Source: Candidatus Aldehydirespiratoraceae bacterium (GTDB taxonomy: Bacteria; Actinomycetota; Acidimicrobiia; Acidimicrobiales; Aldehydirespiratoraceae). Taken from it: a DNA stretch of 64,000 nucleotides. Under the pieces are notes generated by a model that was given only the letters and a program-made list of their open reading frames with translations, did no database searches and was not told where the DNA came from. The translations under genes were made by a program, and so were the position numbers. The stretch spans positions 3,383,671 to 3,447,670 of the forward strand of contig OZ240616.1 in the NCBI GenBank assembly GCA_965198315.1, given 5' to 3'. Below are positions 28,507 through 37,774 of this stretch, one piece after another (within the stretch, counting starts at the first letter, position 1; the number at the start of each line of letters is the position of its first letter).

Positions 28507-28686
28507 ATGGGTGCACCCGAAACCATTGTCTGCGTTGATTGCGGAGGCAGGTGCCATCTCCTCTCCTATGCGCCCGACGAGGGTTTCGAGCCGGGTGATA
28601 TCGTCGCTTATCGTTGTGCTGACTGCGGTGATCGCTGGGATATCGAGTTGGCCATAGACGATCTTGAGCCACCCGGAACTGGTTAG
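28507..28686 (+). CDS. Small zinc-ribbon protein (hypothetical)
   Basis: MGAPETIVCVDCGGRCH...YRCADCGDRW, with two CxxC pairs. The start was chosen at ATG 28507 because 28471 abuts the divergent rsmD start. The 3' end overlaps recG by 4 nt (convergent). Confidence 0.4.
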   Translation: MGAPETIVCVDCGGRCHLLSYAPDEGFEPGDIVAYRCADCGDRWDIELAIDDLEPPGTG

Positions 28687-30821
28687 CTTTTCATCAGGAA
28701 CTCGGCTTCGTCGTCGCCGAGCATGAAGTCGACCTCTTCGCTGAGTTCGAGATGTTCGGTTAGTTCCGGGTCCTGGGTGATGATCTCGGTGGCTACCTCG
28801 CGAGCAAGTTTCACCCACTCTTTGTCACGTCGTAACGAGGCCAGGCGAAGGTCGTTCCTGCCCTTTTGGCGCTCCCCCATTATCGTTCCCTCTCCCCGCA
28901 ACTCGAGGTCGATTTCTGCCAACTCGAACCCGTCGGTGCTCTCCACAAGCGCTTCGAGGCGGGCTTTGCCGACCTTGGTGCCCGGATCGCCGAGCAGGTA
29001 GCAACGTCCTTGATGTTGTCCACGACCGACCCTCCCACGGAGTTGGTGTAGCTGAGCTATCCCGAAACGGTCGGCATCAAAAATGACGATCACGGTGGCG
29101 TTGGGCACGTCAACGCCTACTTCGATCACTGTGGTCGCAACCAGCACGTCGATGGATCCCGACCGAAAGTGGGCCATGGTCGCTTCTTTTTCAGCCGGCG
29201 ACACCCGTCCGTGCAGCAGCCCCACACGCAGGCCCGCAAGCTCGCCGTCCTGCAGTTCGAGATGGGTGTCTTCGACGCTGCGCACTTCGATTGCCGCGGA
29301 CTCTTCGATCAGTGGGCAGACAACGTAGGCCTGACGGCTGTGGGCCACCTCGGCTCGAACCGTTTCCCACACCGCGCTCTCGGCTATCGGTCCTTCGGCC
29401 CAACTCGTTATGCTCGGGGATCGGCCCGGTGGCATCTCGTCGAGCACGCTGACATCAAGGTCGCCGTAGACGGTCATTGCTGCGGTGCGCGGGATCGGGG
29501 TTGCAGTCATCACCAACACATCGGGCACGCTTATCGACTCGCCCTTATCCCTGAGCGCAGCCCTCTGTTCAACTCCAAACCGATGCTGTTCATCAATGAC
29601 CACCATGCCCAGTGATCGATACTGGACCGTCTCTTGAATGAGTGCGTGGGTTCCGATGACGATGTCGACCTTGCCGACGATCAGGTCGGCGAGAACTTTG
29701 CGGCGCACCGACGCTCCGACGCTGTTGGTCAACAATTCGACTCGCAGCGGACGGTCACCCATCAGCGAGGTCGGATCCGGCACCGACAGATCACCGAGCA
29801 TGTCGCTCACAGTGAGATAGTGCTGTTCGGCAAGCACCTCCGTTGGAGCCATGAAGGCACCTTGGTAACCGCCCTGAACCGCGGTCAACAGCGCTGTCAC
29901 CGCGACCAGAGTCTTGCCCGAACCAACGTCGCCTTGCAGCAGGCGGTGCATCGGATATTCGACAGAGAGGTCACGGGCGATCTCGGCGTTGACTCGCTGT
30001 TGCGCTCCAGTCAGCGCGAAGGGCAAGCGCGCATGGAACCGGTCAACGAGCTCACCAGACATGTCGTGGGCAACTCCAGATGTTTCGCGTTCGATGCTCT
30101 TCTTGCGACGAATCAACTCCAGCTGCACTCGAAAGAGTTCGTCGAACACGAGTCGGCGGCGCGCTTCTTGCATCTCTTCCATTGAGGTCGGGTGGTGAAT
30201 ACCGTGCAGCGCGGCTTCGCGATCGACAAAGTCGAACCTGTCGAGCACTTCAGGCGGAACTGGATCGCTGAAGCCCCGCGTCCGGCATCGTCTCAGAGCC
30301 GCGTCCACGAGTCGGGCCAGATCGGATGTCGTCAACCCGGCCTTCTCAGACTGGGGGTACACACCGATGATCCGACCGGTCTGGTTTCCAAGAAGATCGA
30401 CCACGGGAGAGGTCATCTGGCGTGTCCCTCGGAAGAGTTCGAACTTGCCGTGTACCAGCACTTCCATTCCCTCGGTGAGCTGTTTCTCGCGCCATCGCTG
30501 GTTGAAGAACACAAGCGTGAGTTTGCCGGTGCCGTCGCCTATCACAATCTGGGTCAGCGTTCGACGCCCTCTCAGCTTGCGGCTGTAGGTACTACGCACC
30601 GTGCCCAGCACAGTCGCCTCATCACCAGGGAGGAGTTCGCCGATCTTGGCCTGCCTGGTGCGATCCAGATAACGGCGCGGATAGTGCTGCAACAAATCGA
30701 GGATCGTCGAGATTTCCAAGGCTAGGAGTCCGTTTGCGGTTTGTTCGCCAACTCCGCGTAACCGTGTGACCTTGAATCCCGCGAGATCCGGCAACGTCAG
30801 CGGGGGGTCACCGGCCGGCAT
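28683..30821 (-). CDS. recG: ATP-dependent DNA helicase RecG
   Basis: 712 aa with an N-terminal wedge/OB region, GDVGSGKT, DEQHRFG and QLHQLRGRVGRG. Confidence 0.95.
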   Translation of the reverse strand: MPAGDPPLTLPDLAGFKVTRLRGVGEQTANGLLALEISTILDLLQHYPRRYLDRTRQAKIGELLPGDEATVLGTVRSTYSRKLRGRRTLTQIVIGDGTGKLTLVFFNQRWREKQLTEGMEVLVHGKFELFRGTRQMTSPVVDLLGNQTGRIIGVYPQSEKAGLTTSDLARLVDAALRRCRTRGFSDPVPPEVLDRFDFVDREAALHGIHHPTSMEEMQEARRRLVFDELFRVQLELIRRKKSIERETSGVAHDMSGELVDRFHARLPFALTGAQQRVNAEIARDLSVEYPMHRLLQGDVGSGKTLVAVTALLTAVQGGYQGAFMAPTEVLAEQHYLTVSDMLGDLSVPDPTSLMGDRPLRVELLTNSVGASVRRKVLADLIVGKVDIVIGTHALIQETVQYRSLGMVVIDEQHRFGVEQRAALRDKGESISVPDVLVMTATPIPRTAAMTVYGDLDVSVLDEMPPGRSPSITSWAEGPIAESAVWETVRAEVAHSRQAYVVCPLIEESAAIEVRSVEDTHLELQDGELAGLRVGLLHGRVSPAEKEATMAHFRSGSIDVLVATTVIEVGVDVPNATVIVIFDADRFGIAQLHQLRGRVGRGQHQGRCYLLGDPGTKVGKARLEALVESTDGFELAEIDLELRGEGTIMGERQKGRNDLRLASLRRDKEWVKLAREVATEIITQDPELTEHLELSEEVDFMLGDDEAEFLMKS

Positions 30822-30827
30822 GTGCGT

Positions 30828-32498
30828 CTACTCCAACCCGAAGAAATAGGGGTAGAGCGGTTGGCCGCCGTGGTGTACCTCCACCTCCACCTCGGGATGG
30901 TTTCGGGTGATCCACGACTCGATCATCGCGGTTGTGTAATGGTCGGCGTCCTCACCCGTAATGACGGTCAGCAACTCGTGGTCTTCGTCGACGATCGCGG
31001 CAAGTAACCCAGTTGCGGCGGCAACCATTGATGAGTCCACCGCTTGGATTCCCGCTTGGCAAATACCTAGCCAATCTCCTTGCGCAATAGGTCCTGCGTC
31101 GCTCGTCGCATCACGCACGGCTCTGGTTACTTCGCCCGAAACCACTCCGCTGAACGCTTCGGTCATCGCTGCCGCGTTCACAGACGCGGTCGCTTGAGGG
31201 TCATAGGCCATAAGACTTGCCAGCGCTTCTGTGACACTCGTCGTGGCAACAACTTCCACGGTACGGCTTGTCTGTTCTGAAACTTGTCGGGCCACCGCGA
31301 TGATGTTCTTGTTGTTGGGAAGAATGATCACTTCAGGCGCTGAGACCGACTCGACTGCAGCCACCAACTCCGCTGTCGACGGATTCATTGACTGTCCGCC
31401 GGCGACAACAGCCTGAACACCCATTGATTTCAAGATGGCGACCACACCCGACCCAGCGCCGACGGCAACAACCGCGGTGGGCACCGTCGGGCCTTTTGCT
31501 GCGCCATCACCGTGGCGCGATGTGTCGCTGTCGAGAGCCGCGGCGACCCAATCACGTTCTTCGAGTTCTGCAAGTTCATCAAGCAGATCCGTGATCCTGA
31601 TGTTGTGGGGGCGCCCAATCTCAATGCCGCATTCGATGGCCGCTCCGATGTCGTCGCAGTGGATGTGGCAGTTATAGATGCCCCCGTCGCCGACGACGAC
31701 GATGGAGTCGCCGACTCGAGCCCACGCCTCTTTGAAACCGGAGATTTCCTGATCGGGAGCGTCAAGCAGAAACATGACCTCGTATCTGAGATCCGCGATC
31801 GACGGTCCGCCTTCTCCGCGCGCCGCACCCAGCTGTCGGTGATGGGGAGCCGCGGGTGAAGTGGCCTCTGGTTCGGGCATCGGCCGATCGTCGACAACAT
31901 GGAGCGCCGCGTCATACAGGAGCAGGAGTCCGGCCCCACCGGCGTCTACTACACCAGCGTCAGCCAAAACCTGCAACAGCGTCGGGGTTCGCTCGAGCGA
32001 TGCAGCCGCTTCATCGCGAGCCGCTTCAAGGACTCCGCAGAGATCGGTGCCTCGGGTTGCAGCATCGGCGGCCGCTTTTGAGGATTCCCTGATCACCGTG
32101 AGGATCGTTCCTTCGACTGGATTCCCAACTGCGGTGTAGGCACCCTTGGCCGCGGCGGTCAAACCTGTTGCGAGAAGCCGACCGTCGATGGAGGCATGCT
32201 CAGCTACTACGCCAGAGAATTCGCGCAGGATTTGCGACAAGATCACACCACTGTTTCCCCGGGCTCCCATCAGCGAGCCGTGAGCGATGCCGTTGCACAC
32301 CGAAGCCATGTCGTCACCGGTGTCGTCGAGTTCTTCAACAACCGAGCGCAGGGTCAACGACATGTTGGTTCCGGTGTCACCGTCTGGAACCGGATAGACG
32401 TTGAGGTTGTTGATCGCCTCTCGATGGTCGGTCAACGCGTCGCGAAAAGTGATGACGATGCCACGAAGGGAGGCTGCATCAATTGAGTCGAGCGCCAC
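30828..32498 (-). CDS. DAK2 domain-containing protein (YloV-like)
   Basis: N-terminal Dak2-type block (VPDGDTGTNM) and a DegV-like C-terminal part, with the conserved position next to recG. Confidence 0.85.
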   Translation of the reverse strand: MALDSIDAASLRGIVITFRDALTDHREAINNLNVYPVPDGDTGTNMSLTLRSVVEELDDTGDDMASVCNGIAHGSLMGARGNSGVILSQILREFSGVVAEHASIDGRLLATGLTAAAKGAYTAVGNPVEGTILTVIRESSKAAADAATRGTDLCGVLEAARDEAAASLERTPTLLQVLADAGVVDAGGAGLLLLYDAALHVVDDRPMPEPEATSPAAPHHRQLGAARGEGGPSIADLRYEVMFLLDAPDQEISGFKEAWARVGDSIVVVGDGGIYNCHIHCDDIGAAIECGIEIGRPHNIRITDLLDELAELEERDWVAAALDSDTSRHGDGAAKGPTVPTAVVAVGAGSGVVAILKSMGVQAVVAGGQSMNPSTAELVAAVESVSAPEVIILPNNKNIIAVARQVSEQTSRTVEVVATTSVTEALASLMAYDPQATASVNAAAMTEAFSGVVSGEVTRAVRDATSDAGPIAQGDWLGICQAGIQAVDSSMVAAATGLLAAIVDEDHELLTVITGEDADHYTTAMIESWITRNHPEVEVEVHHGGQPLYPYFFGLE

Positions 32499-32572
32499 GA
32501 CGACGGATGGTACCTCCCGCGAGTAGTCCGCGCGAGGTTCAAACCCGCTCTTGTTCGGTACGCTCTGTTCCC

Positions 32573-32794
32573 ATGCAGGGCGTCATCAAGAATTTCGACC
32601 CGGGCACCGGTGACGGGGTCTTGATCAACGAAGCTGACCTCGCCGACGTTGATCTCGCCGACGACGCTCTGGAAGGTTCGGTTTTTCGGATGCTGCGACA
32701 AGGCCAGCGTGTGCAGTTCGATCTCGACGAATCCGGCAGGGCAACCGCTCTGCGCCTTGGTTCCGAGGTCGACATGGCAACCCCCGACCTCTAA
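32573..32794 (+). CDS. Cold-shock-domain-like OB-fold protein (hypothetical)
   Basis: MQGVIKNFDPGTGDGVLINEAD...QGQRVQFDL resembles a CSD layout without canonical RNP motifs. The start is corrected to ATG 32573. Confidence 0.5.
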   Translation: MQGVIKNFDPGTGDGVLINEADLADVDLADDALEGSVFRMLRQGQRVQFDLDESGRATALRLGSEVDMATPDL

Positions 32795-32809
32795 GCAGGG
32801 CCGACGGGA

Positions 32810-34516
32810 CTACATCACCTCAGCAATCCCCAACTCGGCGTATCGCTGATTCGCGTAGTTGGTTCGAAACATATCACGCAACTTCAAGGCAGCTTCGTCG
32901 TATGCCTCGGGGTCGGTCCAGGTGTCGCGTGGGTTGAATATCGTGTCATCAACGCCATCGCACTTTTTTGGCATTTTCAGTCCGAGGATCGGCTGTACCG
33001 CAAGTTCAGCGTCGTCGAACTCGCCGCGTAGCGCAGCATTCAGCAGTCGACGCGTCACCTTCAGCGACATCCGCTCTCCAGTGCCATACGGACCACCGCT
33101 CCACCCGGTGTTCAACAAGATGCAGCGCGAGTTGTGGTCCGCCATCCGTTGAGCCAACAACTCCGCGTAAACGGAGGGCTTCTGCGACATGAAAGCGGCA
33201 CCGAAGCAGCCCGAAAAAGCAGGAACCGGTTCAGTGACTCCCACTTCGGTTCCCGCCAATTTTGAGGTGAAACCCATCACGAAGTGGTACATCGCCTCGT
33301 CGGGGTCAAGAACGGAGACCGGTGGGAGCACACCGAAGGCATCCGCGGTGAGCAGGACGATCGATTCAGGGTGCGGCCCACTCGCCCCGTTGGCGACATT
33401 GGGGTTGGCGCTCAGCGGATAGGCGAAGCGAGTGTTCTCGGTGATCGCCCCATCGGCGAGGTCCAACTCTTGGGGGTCAGAATCGGCGAGTGACTTACCT
33501 GCAAGTTGCGGCACGTTCTCTATCAGCGTTCCTTTCATAGACAGCGCCGCGGCGATCACAGGCTCCGCTGTCTTGTCCAGATTGATGAGTTTGGCGTAGC
33601 ACCCGTGCTCCAGGTTCGAGATGCCGCTTTCGGTCCACACATGCTCGTCGTCGCCAATCAGTTCACGATCGGGATCGGCTGACAGCGTGGTCTTTCCCGT
33701 GCCCGAGAGTCCGAACAGCAGCGCCGTGTCTCCTGTGCTGCCAACGTTGGCTGAAGAGTGCATTGAGAGTTGGCCCTTGGCGGGGAGCACAAAATTCATG
33801 ATCGTGAACATGGCTTTCTTGTTGATGCCGCAGTAGTCGGCGGGGCCGAGGACGAGCGCTATCTCGCGTTCGATGTCGATGATCACCGCGAGTTCGCTGC
33901 GGGTTCCATCGCGTGCCGGCACGCACGTGTACGACGGTACGTTCAGCACCGTCCAGCCATGCTCGGCGCGATCACTGTCGTCGCGAACATGGTGGGGCAG
34001 CATGATGTTGCAGAAGTAGGCGTGAGAGGCGTATTCCCCGACGAACCTGCACGGTTCGCTGAACTGAACGTCCGAGCCACAGAACAGGTCCGTCACGTAC
34101 AAGTGTCGGCCCCTGTCGTTGAGATGTCCGATGACCCGGGGAAGCAGCGCGTCGAAGGCGACCGGGTCGAACTTGGCGAACCCCTTCTTCCACCAGATCA
34201 AGTCCGTGACGCTGGCTCGGTCCACGCAGAAGGTGTCGTTCACTGGTCGGCCGGTGCAAGCCGGATCGGTGTAGAAGACAAGCGGGCCCTCCACTCCCAA
34301 CGCGGTCGCAAATGCCTTTCGGGCATCGCTCGGACCGTCGAAGGAGACCCTTCCGCGATCGTTGGCGACCGCCTCGAAGAACAGTTCGTCCTGCGACAGG
34401 CCGAAACGGAGTTCAGGACCCGACAAGCCCAGAGACTGTCGAAGCTGGACGGCAGCTTCAGCGGCTGTGCTCACGCAGGGACTCCCCCTCCATCGAACGA
34501 CCGGACCGGCAACCAA
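32810..34516 (-). CDS. pckA: Phosphoenolpyruvate carboxykinase (ATP)
   Basis: LLFGLSGTGKTTLSADPDRELIGDDEHVW is the kinase-1a/ATP-PEPCK signature. The true start may be somewhat downstream of 34516. Confidence 0.92.
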   Translation of the reverse strand: MVAGPVVRWRGSPCVSTAAEAAVQLRQSLGLSGPELRFGLSQDELFFEAVANDRGRVSFDGPSDARKAFATALGVEGPLVFYTDPACTGRPVNDTFCVDRASVTDLIWWKKGFAKFDPVAFDALLPRVIGHLNDRGRHLYVTDLFCGSDVQFSEPCRFVGEYASHAYFCNIMLPHHVRDDSDRAEHGWTVLNVPSYTCVPARDGTRSELAVIIDIEREIALVLGPADYCGINKKAMFTIMNFVLPAKGQLSMHSSANVGSTGDTALLFGLSGTGKTTLSADPDRELIGDDEHVWTESGISNLEHGCYAKLINLDKTAEPVIAAALSMKGTLIENVPQLAGKSLADSDPQELDLADGAITENTRFAYPLSANPNVANGASGPHPESIVLLTADAFGVLPPVSVLDPDEAMYHFVMGFTSKLAGTEVGVTEPVPAFSGCFGAAFMSQKPSVYAELLAQRMADHNSRCILLNTGWSGGPYGTGERMSLKVTRRLLNAALRGEFDDAELAVQPILGLKMPKKCDGVDDTIFNPRDTWTDPEAYDEAALKLRDMFRTNYANQRYAELGIAEVM

Positions 34517-34736
34517 CCGAGTCGGTCGGGCAGCCGTGATCCTGCGCTCACCCTAACTAATCGCCGGGCTGGAACGAAGTCGGGCCGACATCGGTCAGTG
34601 ATCGAGATCATCGTTGGAATTGATAGCCGACCAGAGGCCTTGGGGAGTGATCCCAAAGCGGTTGCGTCGGACTGATATCGGGGCAATTGAGTTGTTCAGG
34701 CCGTGCGCTTAGACTGAAAGAAAAACAGGAGGCCGC

Positions 34737-34973
34737 ATGTCTGTAAGCGCCTATATCTTGATCCAGGCCAGTGTTGGCACCGCAGTCGATGTGGCTCACG
34801 CCACCGCGGAACTCGACGAGATCGTTTCTGCCGAGGTGGCGATGGGTCCCTACGACGTGATCGCGCGGGCAGAAGCAACCTCAGTGGACGATCTGGGCCA
34901 GATCGTGGTACACGCCGTACAAGGTATCGCCGGGGTCGAGCGCACACTGCTGTGTCCCATTGTCAAGATCTGA
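34737..34973 (+). CDS. Lrp/AsnC ligand-binding (RAM) domain protein, stand-alone
   Basis: 78 aa: YILIQASVG...GPYDVIARAEA...VERTL, with an AGGAGG RBS. Confidence 0.65.
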   Translation: MSVSAYILIQASVGTAVDVAHATAELDEIVSAEVAMGPYDVIARAEATSVDDLGQIVVHAVQGIAGVERTLLCPIVKI

Positions 34974-35004
34974 TCGTCAAGATCTGATCACATCCAAATC
35001 CCGA

Positions 35005-35358
35005 TCACACCAACACGATCGCTCGAATCCCGAGGCCCATCAGCCACAAGCTGCCGAGTCCGTACAACAGATACGGGCGGTCGCGCATCTCGTTGCGGTA
35101 AGCGAAGATGATCCCAACCGAGACGAAGGCCGCGAATCCGTACAGCTGATGCTGCCCGCCTATACCGTCGCTCTCGACCTGGATTGCCACCCCGGCCAGG
35201 GTCTGGGCTACGACGATCGCTTGCGCGACGCCGATCGCGATCCATCCTGCCCGGCCACGGAATCGCTCATGACGATGGGCCAGCAGAGCCCAGATCCCAA
35301 CTGCTCCGTTGGTTGTGATGAGCAACCAGCCGCCGATCTCATGGAGGTCGTGGATCAC
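35005..35358 (-). CDS. Small integral membrane protein (hypothetical)
   Basis: 117 aa with 3-4 hydrophobic segments, directly downstream of the CoA-transferase gene. Confidence 0.55.
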   Translation of the reverse strand: MIHDLHEIGGWLLITTNGAVGIWALLAHRHERFRGRAGWIAIGVAQAIVVAQTLAGVAIQVESDGIGGQHQLYGFAAFVSVGIIFAYRNEMRDRPYLLYGLGSLWLMGLGIRAIVLV

Positions 35359-35364
35359 GAGGAT

Positions 35365-36507
35365 TCAGGCAACGGCACCCGCCGAACGCAGCGTTGCGAC
35401 CTCGTCGAGACTGAATCCGCACTCCGCGAGCAGTTCGTCGCTGTGTTGACCGGCGTGAGGCGGTGGTCGCATGATTTCTCCGTCCGTACGGCTGAAACGG
35501 GGGGCCGGGCGAGGCTGTACTACGCCAGCCACTTCGGTGAACGTGCCTCGCTGAAGGTTGTGGGAATGGCGGGGCGCTTCGGTCATGGACAGCACCGGAG
35601 CAAAACACACATCGGAGCCTTCGATCAGTTCAGTCCATTCGTCGCGAGTCCGGGTTTTGAAAATCGCGGCGAGGTCGGATTTGCGGTCCGCCCATTGACG
35701 CTTGTCGTTCTGGGCGTCCCATTTATCATCATCAAGTTCGAGTTTCTCTCTGAGTTCAGCGTAGAACTGAGGCTCGATCGAACCGATGGAGACATATTTA
35801 CCGTCGGCGCACTCATAGACGTCGTAGTAGTGAGATCCTGTGTCGAGCATGTTGGTTCCGCGTTGGTCGTCCCAAATACCCATCGCCCGCAGCCCGTAGA
35901 AGAAGGTGGCCAACGACGCCGCCCCATCGACCATCGCGGCATCAACGACCTGCCCCTGCTGAGAGGTTCTGGCTTCAAGAATCGCGCAGACCATGCCAAA
36001 GGCCAGATACATGCCTCCGCCTCCGAAGTCACCGACGAGATTGAGCGGGGGCACAGGACCAGAATCGACTCGGCCGATGGCATCCAAGGTGCCCGACAAC
36101 GCCACATAGTTGATGTCGTGGCCCGCGGTCGATGCGTAGGGGCCGTCTTGACCCCAGCCCGTCATTCGACCGTAGACCAGAGCGGGATTACGAACCAAGC
36201 AATCTTCGGGACCGATGCCGAGCCGTTCGGCCACACCCGGTCGGAACCCCTCGACTAAGCCGTCACTGGACTCAACGAGGCGCATCACGACTTCGATACC
36301 TTCGGCAGACTTGAGGTCGACCCCGATTGAGCGGCGCCCACGGTTCATGACATCAGCGGGAGGCAGGTTCGGGTCTCCGCCGCGCACCCGGTCTGCCCGG
36401 TCAACCCGGATCACATCAGCTCCCATGTCGGCCAGCATCATGGCGCAGAACGGACCCGGCCCGATTCCCGCAATCTCAACGATTCTCAAGCCCCCGAGCG
36501 GCCCCAT
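35365..36507 (-). CDS. CaiB/BaiF family III CoA-transferase (alpha-methylacyl-CoA racemase-like)
   Basis: LGGLRIVEIAGIGPGPFCAMMLADMGADVIRVDR closely resembles the Mcr/family III CoA-transferase N-terminus. Confidence 0.85.
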   Translation of the reverse strand: MGPLGGLRIVEIAGIGPGPFCAMMLADMGADVIRVDRADRVRGGDPNLPPADVMNRGRRSIGVDLKSAEGIEVVMRLVESSDGLVEGFRPGVAERLGIGPEDCLVRNPALVYGRMTGWGQDGPYASTAGHDINYVALSGTLDAIGRVDSGPVPPLNLVGDFGGGGMYLAFGMVCAILEARTSQQGQVVDAAMVDGAASLATFFYGLRAMGIWDDQRGTNMLDTGSHYYDVYECADGKYVSIGSIEPQFYAELREKLELDDDKWDAQNDKRQWADRKSDLAAIFKTRTRDEWTELIEGSDVCFAPVLSMTEAPRHSHNLQRGTFTEVAGVVQPRPAPRFSRTDGEIMRPPPHAGQHSDELLAECGFSLDEVATLRSAGAVA

Positions 36508-36607
36508 CAGTTGCTTCTCCCCTATGTGTGCTTGGTTCGGACCCTAGCTGAGTTCAGAGGCCGAGCGGATCGATCCCAAACAGGGCCGCGACACGGCGAG
36601 GCCGTGG

Positions 36608-36709
36608 CCCGAGCGGCCCGCCCGCGGCCCGAGCGGCCCGCCCGCGGCCGGAGCGGCCCCGTGAGCGCAGCGAACAAGAGCGGGTAGTAGAGCGCAGCGA
36701 ACAAGAGCG
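36608..36709. repeat. Intergenic tandem repeats (20-bp unit x ~2.6, then a 21-bp unit x 2 at 26-bp period)
   Basis: cccgagcggcccgcccgcgg occurs at 36608-36627 and 36628-36647, with a partial third copy. gagcgcagcgaacaagagcgg occurs at 36663-36683 and 36689-36709. Confidence 0.85.
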
Positions 36710-36765
36710 GAAGACAACCGGTGTCGGCGCAACTCCCTGTCCAATCCGCGCATGTTCCCAGTTCT

Positions 36766-37605
36766 TCAACTGAAGGTGCGGGCCGCGAGCGCGGTGACCG
36801 CTTCGACCACTGCCGGCCAGGCTTGCGGGACGAAGTCGTGTGACATCTCCTCGATCAGCAGATATTCGGCACCACCGATCAGTTCCGCCGTTCGTGCGCC
36901 TCCCGACGGATCGATCAGCGTGTCCGAACCGCCATGAACAACGAGTGTCGGCACGGTCAGCTCAGACAGACCGGCGACACGATCACCGCTGCGCATGATG
37001 GCGTTGATCTGCCGTTGAGCCGCGCCGGGGTTCCAGGCCCGCTGATATCCCGCTGCCAAGTTGGACCTCAAGGTGTCGAGGTCGAACCATTCCGGGTTGG
37101 ACCAGATTCGGCTGGCTTTCACATCAGCTTCGATCTGGGCCTCAATAGAGTCTTCGGGGGGCGCGGTGAGAACGTCCCAGGCTTCGAGCGTGGGGTTGCC
37201 GACATTTGACTCACCGGTAGTCGACATGATCGACACCAGCGCTCGGGTGCGCTCTGGGTGGCGAATCGCGGTGACTTGGGCGATCATTCCACCCATCGAC
37301 ACTCCCAGGACCACCGCGTCCTGTACTTCGGCGTGGTCTAGGACAGCAACCACATCGTCAGCCATATCGTCGAGCGTGTAGCTGTCGTCATCGCTGCTCA
37401 TCGACGACAACCCGGCATCGCGGTTGTCCATTCTGATCACCAGAAAGCCGCGGTCCACGAAGGCTTGACACAACTCAACGGGGTATGACAGCAGTTGACT
37501 GCCAAGCCCCGAGATGCAGATCAGCGCCGGATCGTCTGTCGATCCGAACGTTTCGTATTCGATTTCAATGGAACCGTTGCTCGCTCGTGGCATGGCTGAC
37601 AGCAT
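36766..37605 (-). CDS. Alpha/beta hydrolase
   Basis: IEIEYETFGS...GVSMGGMIAQ (GxSxG)...HGGSD...SHD. The start is corrected to ATG 37605 or 37593. The track's 425-aa version runs antisense through the riboswitch and the SBP gene. Confidence 0.8.
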   Translation of the reverse strand: MLSAMPRASNGSIEIEYETFGSTDDPALICISGLGSQLLSYPVELCQAFVDRGFLVIRMDNRDAGLSSMSSDDDSYTLDDMADDVVAVLDHAEVQDAVVLGVSMGGMIAQVTAIRHPERTRALVSIMSTTGESNVGNPTLEAWDVLTAPPEDSIEAQIEADVKASRIWSNPEWFDLDTLRSNLAAGYQRAWNPGAAQRQINAIMRSGDRVAGLSELTVPTLVVHGGSDTLIDPSGGARTAELIGGAEYLLIEEMSHDFVPQAWPAVVEAVTALAARTFS

Positions 37606-37681
37606 GCCCGACCGCGGCGAGCGTTCGGCGCTAGCCACACATCTTTCGCGGCAAAGACCTAGACTTGGCCGCGCATACGAA

Positions 37682-37770
37682 TCCGGGGAGCTCGGGGCAG
37701 CCGGGCTGAGAGGTCGACCATCCGCGTCGGCGACCCGCAAGAACCTGATCTGGGTAATGCCAGCGGAGGA
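37682..37770 (+). promoter_or_regulatory. TPP (THI-box) riboswitch
   Basis: CCGGGGAGC...GGGCUGAGAGG...ACCC...GAACCUGAUCUGGGUAAUGCCAGCGGAGGA matches the conserved CUGAGA and ACCUGAUCUGGAUAAUGCCAGCG cores. The 3' side includes the GGAGGA SD, 4 nt before ATG 37775. Confidence 0.88.
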
Positions 37771-37774
37771 AACC

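Noticed and set aside
33770-36258. Plus-strand ORFs 33770-34675 (301 aa) and 34960-36258 (432 aa)
   Set aside because: They are antisense to pckA and to the CoA-transferase/membrane-protein genes, which carry clear family signatures. No motifs are present in these ORFs.
36608-36709. GC-rich intergenic repeats considered as a degenerate CRISPR or a small RNA
   Set aside because: There are only 2-3 copies, in tandem or 5 nt apart, with no spacer-sized unique segments and no convincing stem-loop or terminator structure.
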